24,000 nucleotides of DNA, taken from positions 73,749 to 97,748 of the forward strand of contig NZ_VWXD01000009.1 in the NCBI RefSeq assembly GCF_011752625.1, given 5' to 3'. The position numbers and the translations under genes were made by a program. The stretch comes from Candidatus Pantoea formicae. GTDB taxonomy: Bacteria > Pseudomonadota > Gammaproteobacteria > Enterobacterales > Enterobacteriaceae. The notes under the pieces are model-generated. The model made no database searches. It was not told where the DNA came from and worked only from the letters and a program-made list of their open reading frames with translations. Of this stretch, positions 16,311 to 23,364 are shown piece after piece (positions within the stretch are counted from its first letter, which is position 1; every line of letters begins with the position of its first letter).

Positions 16311-16399
16311 ACAGCGAACAAATCGCCGTCATGAAGTCACATTACATTTAGAATATTAATGTTGCAATAACTGACGCTGTATTGATGGTTGTGACGCTG
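16282..16399. repeat. Phased TGACG(G/C) motif array spanning the 5-prime end and upstream region of the 200-aa RHH gene
   Basis: On the plus strand, ccgtcat occurs at 16283-16289, 16304-16310 and 16326-16332 (21-22 bp spacing). On the minus strand these read ATGACGG, and two of them are the in-frame Met-Thr codons 1-2 and 8-9. In the opposite orientation, tgacgctg occurs at 16372-16379 and 16392-16399 (20 bp spacing). A sixth, tgacgct, lies at 16586-16592. Confidence 0.35.
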
Positions 16400-16450
16400 A
16401 TAGTGATATTTTTTGACCGACCGTTTGAATCGGGTCATTGTTAAACCCCG

Positions 16451-16481
16451 AAGATCCGGAAAAAAGGAAGAACCGGATCTT
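16451..16481. repeat. Hairpin repeat copy B (9-bp stem AAGATCCGG/CCGGATCTT, 13-nt purine loop)
   Basis: aagatccgg-aaaaaaggaagaa-ccggatctt. It has the same orientation and near-identical sequence to copy A, 2.07 kb away. It is intergenic. Confidence 0.6.
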
Positions 16482-16618
16482 TCAGTTGTAGGGCGGTTTT
16501 TTGTTCACACTACTACATATAGTGTCTTAATCAGATGTATCAGCCACAACATACGGGTTGCATTAGAGAAAGATGCGGGAATAGATGACGCTATGACGTT
16601 CCATATCGGCGTGCTACG

Positions 16619-16675
16619 CTTCCGGGAAAGTCGTAAATAAAGAAGAAAGCGGATCCAGCTCGCAAGGTGATCCGG
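16619..16675. repeat. Hairpin repeat copy C (degenerate/rearranged)
   Basis: cttccgggaaagtcgtaaataaagaagaaaGCGGATCCagctcgcaaggtGATCCGG. The segment aagaagaaagcggatcc aligns with the loop and right arm of copies A and B. The left arm is decayed (cttccgg versus gatccgg). A new 6-bp hairpin forms from cggatc (16650-16655) and gatccg (16669-16674) with a 13-nt loop. Confidence 0.4.
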
Positions 16676-16747
16676 TAATTTAGTGTGGTGGCTGTTTGAT
16701 GGCTTACTGTTTCATCGCTAAATGTAACTTAAGATATTTTCACTCCC

Positions 16748-16772
16748 TATAATGTCATTACCGCAACGGTAA
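16748..16772 (+). promoter_or_regulatory. Possible -10 element (TATAAT) followed by a perfect 6-3-6 palindrome upstream of the recombinase operon
   Basis: A consensus TATAAT lies at 16748-16753 and TTACCGcaaCGGTAA at 16758-16772, 47 nt before the ATG at 16819. No convincing -35 or TG extension is present, and a 6-3-6 palindrome is expected a few times per 24 kb by chance. Confidence 0.3.
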
Positions 16773-16818
16773 CCATATGTGACAGTGTCCGTCCGTTTTT
16801 ATAAAACGAGGAGCCCTG

Positions 16819-17196
16819 ATGTTCGAGTCTCTTTTTAACCGCAGCGACTTCCGCTGCGCCTTTGAAAAAATCAGCGCTGCCGTGGCCGATCCCTCCGCCG
16901 AAAACGTGCACGCCGCCACCCATCTCGGGCTGAACGTCCTGAGCGCCAAGTTCAGCACGTTTCGCCACGAGCTCGATGAGGCCGGCGCGATCGGGGAGTG
17001 GCGTGACGATCTGGACACCTACGAACACTGCCTAGGGGTGCTGGAGCGCTACCTGACCGGGAATCCGGACGGGCTCACCGGCCCCGACGCCCGCATTTAC
17101 TGCCGGTACCTGCGCTGCGAGTACGTGGAGTTTACCGAGCTGGCCCACGACCTGGTGGAGCGGTCCGCAGGTAATGAAGGACGTCAGGCCGGATGA
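16819..17196 (+). CDS. Hypothetical protein (125 aa), first gene of the recombinase operon
   Basis: GAGGAG lies 6 nt upstream of the ATG. Helical, acidic composition. The stop overlaps the next start (ATGA at 17193-17196). No motif recognised. Confidence 0.6.
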   Translation: MFESLFNRSDFRCAFEKISAAVADPSAENVHAATHLGLNVLSAKFSTFRHELDEAGAIGEWRDDLDTYEHCLGVLERYLTGNPDGLTGPDARIYCRYLRCEYVEFTELAHDLVERSAGNEGRQAG

Positions 17197-17870
17197 GCGC
17201 AGGGATTTCAGTGTGGGTGCCGGTGATTACGGCTCTGGCCGGTATCGGTGGTGCACTGGGCAGCCAGTGGCTTTCACACCACTTTGCCACTGCCCGTGAA
17301 CTGCGGGCGTCAGAAGAAAAGCTGGCCAGAGAGCGCTACTTCATCGCCACCGAGCTGGTTTTCCTGCTGGAACGATTTGCCCAGCAGTGCGTGCTTTCTG
17401 CCACAGAGTCCGGTGATTATGACGACCGAGGCCGTATCATGCTTGAACACTATCTCCCAGAAATCGACTATTCCGGTGTTACAGGAGACTGGCGCTCGCT
17501 TCCTCACGCGCTGATGTACCTGATCAGCGAACTCCCTGTTTTGCGGGAGGAGGGGCGAAAATCTGCTGGGTGTGCGTTCGAAAACGACACTCCTTTTGAC
17601 GGTAGCGATGGTATCCACGAGCTCAATAGCCAATCATGCAGGTTGGGGCTCAGGGCCATCCGGATTTCGCGGGAGCTAAGGCGAACCTGCGGCATGCCTG
17701 ATGATGGACTTTCATTACATCACTGGTCTGCCTGGCGCGTTCTCTCAGCCGTTAGGGCCAGAATCATTGACACCGATCTCCGATACGGCCGTAGCCGTCG
17801 TAAAACCATGGACGCGCTAAAACTGCTGAATTCAGCTGGCTCAGATAAACAGGAAAGTGTTCCATCATGA
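17193..17870 (+). CDS. Hypothetical protein with N-terminal TM helix (225 aa)
   Basis: VWVPVITALAGIGGALGSQWL is a hydrophobic anchor, followed by a soluble domain. ATGA overlaps at both ends indicate translational coupling. No motif recognised. Confidence 0.6.
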   Translation: MSAGISVWVPVITALAGIGGALGSQWLSHHFATARELRASEEKLARERYFIATELVFLLERFAQQCVLSATESGDYDDRGRIMLEHYLPEIDYSGVTGDWRSLPHALMYLISELPVLREEGRKSAGCAFENDTPFDGSDGIHELNSQSCRLGLRAIRISRELRRTCGMPDDGLSLHHWSAWRVLSAVRARIIDTDLRYGRSRRKTMDALKLLNSAGSDKQESVPS

Positions 17871-18649
17871 CCGGTCTCGTTTCATACGGTCACGCCGCGC
17901 CGCCTGCGCATCTGCCTGTGGCCATCGATTATCCCGCCGCGCTGGCCCTGCGTCAGATGGCCGCGCTGGTTGACGACCTGCCGAAGCATCTGCTGGCGCC
18001 GGAGGTCTGCGCCCTCCTCCACTTCACGCCTGACCTGCGCCGCAAGATGCTGTTCACCACCCTGTGGAACACCGGCGCGCGCATCAGTGAGGCACTGGCG
18101 CTGATAAGGGGGGACTTTCTGCTGCGACAGCAGTACCCGTTCGTGCAGCTGGCCACGCGCAAGCAGCGGGAGGATAAGGCGGAGCACCGGGCCGGACGCC
18201 GCGCCGCCGGCGTCGTGCCCCACCGGCTGGTGCCCCTTTCCGACGCGCAGTACGTCACGCAGCTGGATATGATGATCGCCACCCTGCGCATACCTATTGA
18301 GCGCCGGAGCGAAAAGACTGGGCGCATGGAGCGGGTGCGGCTGTGGGACATCACCGACAGGACGGCGCGTACCTGGCTGAACGAGGCTACCGAAGCGGCG
18401 GCATCAGAGGGTGTGACGTTTTCCGTTCCGGTTACCCTGCACACCTTCCGGCACAGCTACGCCATGCACATGCTATACGCCGGCACGCCGCTCAAGGCGC
18501 TGCAGAGCCTGCTCGGGCACAAAAGCGCGAAGTCGACGGAGATCTATACAAGAGTGTTTGCGCTGGACGTCACCCGCCAGCTCGGCGTGCGGTTCTCGCT
18601 GGATCCGGCTGAGGCGCAGAGGCTGCTGCTGCCCGGGGAGGGCCTGTGA
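17867..18649 (+). CDS. Tyrosine-type site-specific recombinase (short, 260 aa, catalytic domain only)
   Basis: Catalytic signature present: NTGARISEALAL (Arg I), HTFRHSYAMHML (His-x-x-Arg) and LGHKSAKSTEIYTRV (His/Tyr nucleophile). No recognisable N-terminal SAM-like core-binding domain. Confidence 0.9.
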   Translation: MTGLVSYGHAAPPAHLPVAIDYPAALALRQMAALVDDLPKHLLAPEVCALLHFTPDLRRKMLFTTLWNTGARISEALALIRGDFLLRQQYPFVQLATRKQREDKAEHRAGRRAAGVVPHRLVPLSDAQYVTQLDMMIATLRIPIERRSEKTGRMERVRLWDITDRTARTWLNEATEAAASEGVTFSVPVTLHTFRHSYAMHMLYAGTPLKALQSLLGHKSAKSTEIYTRVFALDVTRQLGVRFSLDPAEAQRLLLPGEGL

Positions 18650-18651
18650 TA

Positions 18652-18906
18652 ATGGACTGGCGGAATTTTGTGACGCTGACGGACCTGCTGCTGATGTCCG
18701 GCCTCGCGGCGGTGAACCTTTATCTCTGGGTGAACCTGCTTTGTTCCGCGATAAACTGGCGGCGCCGGCGTGCAAATCTTAAAGGCCGGGAATTCTGGTT
18801 TCGTCCTCAGCCGCCGGCGCTTTCTCCGCTGCCCCTGCTATTCGTAACGCTGGCCACCGGACTGATCAGCGCATGGATGCTGAGCGTGCTGCTGCCCGTG
18901 ATCTAG
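18652..18906 (+). CDS. Small membrane protein, two TM helices (84 aa from the ATG at 18652; a GTG at 18646 would overlap the recombinase stop)
   Basis: LLLMSGLAAVNLYLWVNLLCSAI and LPLLFVTLATGLISAWMLSVLLPV flank a basic loop, WRRRRANLKGREFW. The gene starts immediately after the recombinase gene. Confidence 0.5.
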   Translation: MDWRNFVTLTDLLLMSGLAAVNLYLWVNLLCSAINWRRRRANLKGREFWFRPQPPALSPLPLLFVTLATGLISAWMLSVLLPVI

Positions 18907-19061
18907 GCAGGGCAGATATCAGGAGACGGCCGGCGGGAAAATTTCCGGTGAAGCGGGTAACGGCCTGATTGCTGTCGGCGCGTAATTATCCATAATAAAG
19001 GTCCGTTTATCATCTGGATCTGATTGTATGCTCCTCAGGAGAAAAAAATGCCGCACCCACG

Positions 19062-19101
19062 GCGAGGATCGCCTGCTTGCCCTCACGGCAGGCGTCCTCG
19101 C
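19062..19101. other. Strong GC-rich hairpin between convergent transcription units (possible terminator or REP-like element)
   Basis: gcgagga(t)cgcctgc-ttgccctcacg-gcaggcgtcctcgc gives 14 bp of stem with one bulge and an 11-nt loop. No adjacent U-tract on the plus strand. A T7 run lies about 12 nt beyond the stem on the minus strand. Confidence 0.35.
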
Positions 19102-19141
19102 ATAACAGGAGCCGGCGCCCGTATCGAAGAACCTGCTGGCG

Positions 19142-19738
19142 TTACGGCTTACGTAATGGAACGAGCCAGGTACTGCCATCTTCAGGCGTTATAATTCCTG
19201 CTTTATTGTCCGTCCGGAAACACCGTGTGACTTTGCCGTTAACCTTGCAGTTTCCCCATTGCAGCGGGTAGCCTTCAGCCTCCTCCTGCAGCTGTTCCAG
19301 TACCGTCCGTAGCGCGTGTATCTCATCCAGCGAGGGTACAAGCGTCACGATAAGCACGCTGGCCACCAGGCACATCATTCCCTGTGCGACCAGAAACCAG
19401 ATCCAGCTGCGCCAGCCGAGCGACCGCCAGGCGCGCTCATAGCGGTCGGCAGCCTTCTTTGCTGCACGATCGGCTTCGCTAAAGTGGCCAGCCAGAAGCC
19501 GGGCAGACTCCTGCGCCGTTGACTCGGCCATGGACGTGACGGCACCGATGACCTCATCCCTGACCTCACGCATCTGCCTTTCATGCACGGCGGTGACCTT
19601 AAGCAGCGCAGACGTCGCTCTTTCTGCTGTATCTCCCTGCCGCTGTGAGGCCTGAAGGAGCCGGTCTGCAGCGTCGAAAAACAGGCGTATGTCGTCTTCG
19701 CTGACGGCGTTTGTGTTTTTCACCGGCTCAGCTCCCAC
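19142..19738 (-). CDS. Membrane-anchored coiled-coil protein (193-198 aa); architecture recalls MbeB/MobB-type mobilisation accessory proteins (weak)
   Basis: A helical N-terminal half is followed by the central TM segment WIWFLVAQGMMCLVASVLIVTLV and a C-terminal Cys-containing domain, WGNCKVNGKVTRCFRTDNKAG...STWLVPL. Both candidate starts are GTG: 19738, or 19723, which forms a GTGA overlap with the upstream stop. Confidence 0.55.
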   Translation of the reverse strand: MGAEPVKNTNAVSEDDIRLFFDAADRLLQASQRQGDTAERATSALLKVTAVHERQMREVRDEVIGAVTSMAESTAQESARLLAGHFSEADRAAKKAADRYERAWRSLGWRSWIWFLVAQGMMCLVASVLIVTLVPSLDEIHALRTVLEQLQEEAEGYPLQWGNCKVNGKVTRCFRTDNKAGIITPEDGSTWLVPLRKP

Positions 19739-20427
19739 CCCGTGTCGCGATCGGTGGTGTGCTCTCTGTCCAGCACTGCCTGATGCTCCAATTCCTGCCT
19801 GTATCCGATCCAGTGCTCATGCGTCATTGACAGCTCCATAATATTTTTCAGCTCAGCGTACCGCAGGTTCCCCCTGCCGTCGCAAACGACGATAAGCGCG
19901 CCTGCGCTGCTCGCTTCATCCACCCCCTGGCACCACCTTACCAGCTTCAGGTAGTCACTGACGGCCTCCGGGTTTTCTTCATCAGTATGACCTGCAAAGA
20001 TACTGCGCGTCGTCTGCCTAATAAAGCGCTCAAGGTTAAGGGGCACAGCCTGACGGGCCGGCAGGGAAAGTGCGCTGAGATAGCTCGAAAAGTAGGTTTT
20101 TACACCCGTTTGCACGTCAGGGGGTGGTCTCAACGTACCAGTGGATCCGGTGCGACAGCGTCGTCAGTGCCTTTTTACAGGTCAGCGCGTGTGACAGCTT
20201 TCGGAAGCGGGCTTGCTCTTTATCGGACCGGTTTGCCGCACTTTTGAACTCAATCAGCCGCAGCGGGCCGGGGAATGACAGCAGGACGTCACACAGCGCC
20301 TTGTCTTCTGGCGTCTGCTGCAGCAGGTTAACGGAGGCCGGCAGCACGTTACCCCCAGGCGCGCGCCCACTGAAACGCCCAGTCCGTACAGAAAATTACC
20401 AATGACCACGTTTTCATAGAGCTTCAC
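19720..20427 (-). pseudogene. PD-(D/E)xK-like gene broken by two compensating frameshifts at G5/C5 homopolymer tracts (or two assembly errors)
   Basis: Three consecutive ORF fragments on the minus strand all lack ATG starts. Segment 1 (from the GTG at 20427, purine-rich SD-like run upstream) reads MKLYENVVIGNFLYGLGVSVGARLG. Segment 2, in another frame, reads NVLPASVNLLQQTPEDKALCDVLLSFPGPLRLIEFKSAANRSDKEQ...HWYVETTP. Segment 3, back in the first frame, reads PDVQTGVKTYF...TGWELSR. The junctions fall at CTGGGGGTAAC (about 20349-20353) and ACCCCCTGA (20121-20125). D-x12-E-F-K in segment 2 fits a PD-(D/E)xK core. Confidence 0.5.
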
Positions 20428-21074
20428 TGCCTGCTTCCCCCCCTGGTGTTTTACGCGGATCTGAAGGCAACGCCCCCTCACTCCGGCACGGGCTGATTCA
20501 GGAGCAGTTCTCCCTGTCTTCGGATGATTACCGGCCGTGTACCGGAAATGCTGAATGATTTCAGGAGGGATTGTTACATTACCGGCAACGCCGGCGCAAA
20601 TCTGCGCGCCGGAAAGTGAGAAAAGAAATCCTTCCTTTCTCTTTCCTCTTTTGTCCGGAAAATGCGTATCCGACGTAACGCGTTAACTTTCTCTCGAAGA
20701 AGTTAACCGGCTTAGAGTCATTAAGGACATTCTCGACAAGCAACTAGCAACCCACCCCTGCTGAGTGTCTCGGTATTTCCGGCCGGAACTGAAAGAGCAG
20801 GAATATTAATTTAACTGAGTGACTGCGGTGGATGCTGCTTATTCAATCATATTCTACTCAACGAGAATCTTAACAAAGGACCCGTTCAGCCAGATTCTTG
20901 AATATGCACAATCACTGCTGACCCTAAGCATTTTCAAAGGAGGCTTAAAACGGCTTTGCATAACCTTGTCTTGAAAAACGAATTCTACCGTTCTTGTTTT
21001 CAAACTAATAAATGTACACGTTTAATGAACTATGCGGTTCTGTTAAAATAAAAATCTAAGCAGGGAGAATTAAC

Positions 21075-21692
21075 ATGCGAACGCTGACTGAAAAGAAACG
21101 AACTGACATTCTGAATGCGGCCACGACCGTTTTTATCGAGCAGGGCTACGAGCGCGCCTCCATGGAGGCTGTAGCAAGAACTGCAGGGTGCTCCAAAGCC
21201 ACGCTTTATAATTACTTTTCCTCCAAAGAAAGTCTCCTTGAAGCCGTTGTCAGGACCTACGGCACCAATTTTCTGACACGGGCGGCAGACGATATATACA
21301 GTCATGAAAATCTTCATCTCCCTTTATCTGACAGGCTGCAGCGCTTTGGTGAAGGCATGCTGGGTGCCATGACGTCTGACTGGAAGGGATTACAGCTGTA
21401 TCGCATGGTAATCGGCGAGGCAGGTCACTCGGACATCGGAGACATTTTCCATGAGTCCGGCGTTCGTGAAAGCATGAACGCTCTGGCGGCACTGATGGAG
21501 CACCATATTGAAGCCGGCGACCTGCTGCCCGCCCGGCCAGACCTCAGGGCAAAACAATTTTCTGCACTGGTCAGGGCCGAGGCTGATGAAATTTTTCTCC
21601 TGCATAGTATGCCGGTGTATACGCGCAGCGACATCATCACGATGGTGAAAAGCGCTGTGGAGATCTTCGTAGCGGGCGCCTCTCCTCGCTGA
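21075..21692 (+). CDS. TetR/AcrR-family transcriptional regulator (205 aa)
   Basis: The N-terminal HTH ILNAATTVFIEQGYERASMEAVARTAGCSKATLYNYFSSKESLL is a canonical TetR_N. GGGAG lies upstream of the ATG. Confidence 0.9.
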   Translation: MRTLTEKKRTDILNAATTVFIEQGYERASMEAVARTAGCSKATLYNYFSSKESLLEAVVRTYGTNFLTRAADDIYSHENLHLPLSDRLQRFGEGMLGAMTSDWKGLQLYRMVIGEAGHSDIGDIFHESGVRESMNALAALMEHHIEAGDLLPARPDLRAKQFSALVRAEADEIFLLHSMPVYTRSDIITMVKSAVEIFVAGASPR

Positions 21693-21787
21693 TACCGTCA
21701 GACTGGCTTAATTTTTAACATAAGTGATTGACTAATCATAAGGCATAAGTGAACTGATACGTACAGTTTAATTATGAGGGTACAACG

Positions 21788-21865
21788 ATGTCATATCGCT
21801 TTGTAGTGGTGGCCGTCCTGGCCTTGAGTTCGCTTTTACTGAGCGGCTGCGTTTCGTTATTCTGA
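21788..21865 (+). CDS. Very small predicted lipoprotein (25 aa precursor)
   Basis: MSYRFVVVAVLALSSLLLSGCVSLF has a basic n-region, a hydrophobic core and the lipobox LSGC. GAGGG lies 8 nt upstream. It is below the ORF-track size cut-off and was read directly from the sequence. Confidence 0.45.
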   Translation: MSYRFVVVAVLALSSLLLSGCVSLF

Positions 21866-21874
21866 GGAGCTGAC

Positions 21875-21955
21875 ATGCGTCTTGTTTACAGTCTCGTTAC
21901 GGGTATAGCCGTGCTGATGCTCTCCGGTTGTCTTTCCATCGGCAGCCACATCTGA
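21875..21955 (+). CDS. Very small predicted lipoprotein (26 aa precursor), tandem to the previous one
   Basis: MRLVYSLVTGIAVLMLSGCLSIGSHI has the same LSGC lipobox. GAGGAG lies 5 nt upstream. An intrinsic terminator follows. Confidence 0.45.
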   Translation: MRLVYSLVTGIAVLMLSGCLSIGSHI

Positions 21956-21963
21956 ACCTTATC

Positions 21964-21988
21964 AGCCCGCCCTCCAGGCGGGTTTTTT
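21964..21988 (+). terminator. Rho-independent terminator after the tandem mini-lipoprotein ORFs
   Basis: ag-cccgcc-ctcca-ggcggg followed by tttttt: a GC stem, a 5-nt loop and a T6 tract. Confidence 0.8.
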
Positions 21989-22006
21989 AATGCTGACTGT
22001 TAGCAG

Positions 22007-22309
22007 CTAAAATGACGCGCCCGCCAGCATGAGTACAATCAGACCGCTGATGGCCAGAGCCACCAGAATTTCTGCGAGAAGCAGCGTTATCAATGAATTC
22101 TGGCGGGTCCCCCAGGCACCTTCAGCATATTTTCGCCCGCGAATGGCTTTCAGGCGCCTGATACGGATGACTTCGGATATATTACTTATTACGCGCCACC
22201 ACATAATCATGACGGTTGCAGTAAGAGTGCCAAATAAAATCAGGATACTTATCATGCCCCAGTCCATCCAGGATGCGTCACCTCTGATTCCCGACAGCTT
22301 TTTTACCAT
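22007..22309 (-). CDS. Small inner-membrane protein, two TM helices (100 aa)
   Basis: GGGGAGGG lies upstream of the ATG. The TM segments GMISILILFGTLTATVMIMWW and LITLLLAEILVALAISGLIVLMLAG are separated by a basic loop. Confidence 0.6.
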   Translation of the reverse strand: MVKKLSGIRGDASWMDWGMISILILFGTLTATVMIMWWRVISNISEVIRIRRLKAIRGRKYAEGAWGTRQNSLITLLLAEILVALAISGLIVLMLAGASF

Positions 22310-22759
22310 TGGACCCTCCCCTTTTAAAGTCGCTGAAGCCTTCTGCAGGCAATACCCGTGATTACCATACTGATAGTGCGTATAGCATTCATATAAGGGT
22401 GACGTTACTGAGAACCAGCATAGTCAGCGCGCACAGCGCATTGACTGCAAGGCATTCTGTCCCCGGAAATATTCGCAACGGCCCTGAAGGCCCACTACTC
22501 TCTTACGGCATAATACCGTGCCCGACGCTGCACGGGCCGGCAAAGGCGATTCATCTCCCGGAGGCGGGATACGGCCCGTAGCAAGGTGCACGCCCCGGTC
22601 AGGAACATGACCCTTTTCGAGAACCATTGCCGGGGCGACAGATTCTCCAGGTCATTCGCTGACAGCCACTCATTCATCAGGCAAAACGGATGCCATATTC
22701 GGTGAGGAAGCCACCAGCCATAAAAACAAGTACTAGAGCAGCTCTGATAAGTAACACCT

Positions 22760-23245
22760 TCATGCCTCTGCTGCCGCCGCGTAACGCCGCAGAAAATCAG
22801 CCGTTCTTCGCCTGACTTCTTTACGGAGATGCGGCTTGTGCTGATGAGTGCCGTTCATTACTTTCATTAGTGCCTCCGCCTGCGCCAGGTAGTCGCGCGC
22901 CATTTCACCGGATGGGCGGCAACGCAACTCTCCGCGCAGCATCGCCGTATCAATAACGCTGCGCGCATAGTCCGCTGCTGGTGTAAAGGAGTACCGATTC
23001 CGGGAATCATCTCTGCCCATAGCGTCTCCACACTTCTGCAGTGCCAGCATCATTCTTATCAGCCTTCGCCGCACCGGCAGGCCGGAATAGCGGAGAGGCA
23101 GACTCCAGACAAAGCCGCCGCTTTCACCGTTCTCTTTGAATTCAGGTGCCGGCCATTCCTCACTCCTCGCCGGCCTGATCACCTGCCGGGCTCGTGAAAC
23201 GTAGGTGATGTCCGAAGACGAAAGATCCGGGTAAATGTAAAGCAT
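22760..23245 (-). CDS. Hypothetical protein (161 aa)
   Basis: GAGGAG lies 7 nt upstream of the ATG. Arg-rich soluble protein. No motif recognised and no competing ORF of similar quality. Confidence 0.55.
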   Translation of the reverse strand: MLYIYPDLSSSDITYVSRARQVIRPARSEEWPAPEFKENGESGGFVWSLPLRYSGLPVRRRLIRMMLALQKCGDAMGRDDSRNRYSFTPAADYARSVIDTAMLRGELRCRPSGEMARDYLAQAEALMKVMNGTHQHKPHLRKEVRRRTADFLRRYAAAAEA

Positions 23246-23364
23246 GCCGCGCTCCTCTTCTGAAAGTTACAGACACGAACTGAAACATTTTCTTGACAGA
23301 GTCATAATAAACCACATTAACTATACCGTACAGTTCATTTATAAAAAAACTTACCGGAGATTTT

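Noticed and set aside
16413-16640. 75-aa plus-strand ORF with a TTG start covering hairpin copy B
   Set aside because: It has a non-ATG start without an SD. It runs through an AT-rich intergenic region full of repeats. It is more likely regulatory DNA.
17882-18775. Several minus- and plus-strand ORFs overlapping the recombinase gene
   Set aside because: They are shadow ORFs in a GC-rich gene whose own frame carries the full R...HxxR...Y catalytic signature.
19048-19194. 48-codon plus-strand ORF with a strong SD (caggagaaaaaaATG)
   Set aside because: The product is Pro/Arg/Gly-rich. It runs through the GC hairpin and into the 3-prime end of the convergent 198-aa gene. The SD-like sequence is probably fortuitous.
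20971-21003. 7-bp inverted repeat ttgaaaa ... ttttcaa upstream of the TetR gene as a possible operator
   Set aside because: It is short and AT-rich, with a 19-nt spacer atypical for TetR operators. It is easily explained by chance in an AT-rich intergenic region.
22495-22677. 60-aa minus-strand ORF preceded by a 14-codon mini-ORF with a TGATG overlap
   Set aside because: It is Arg-rich, has no recognisable motif, and is overlapped by other equally poor ORFs. It could be a gene remnant, but I cannot support a call.
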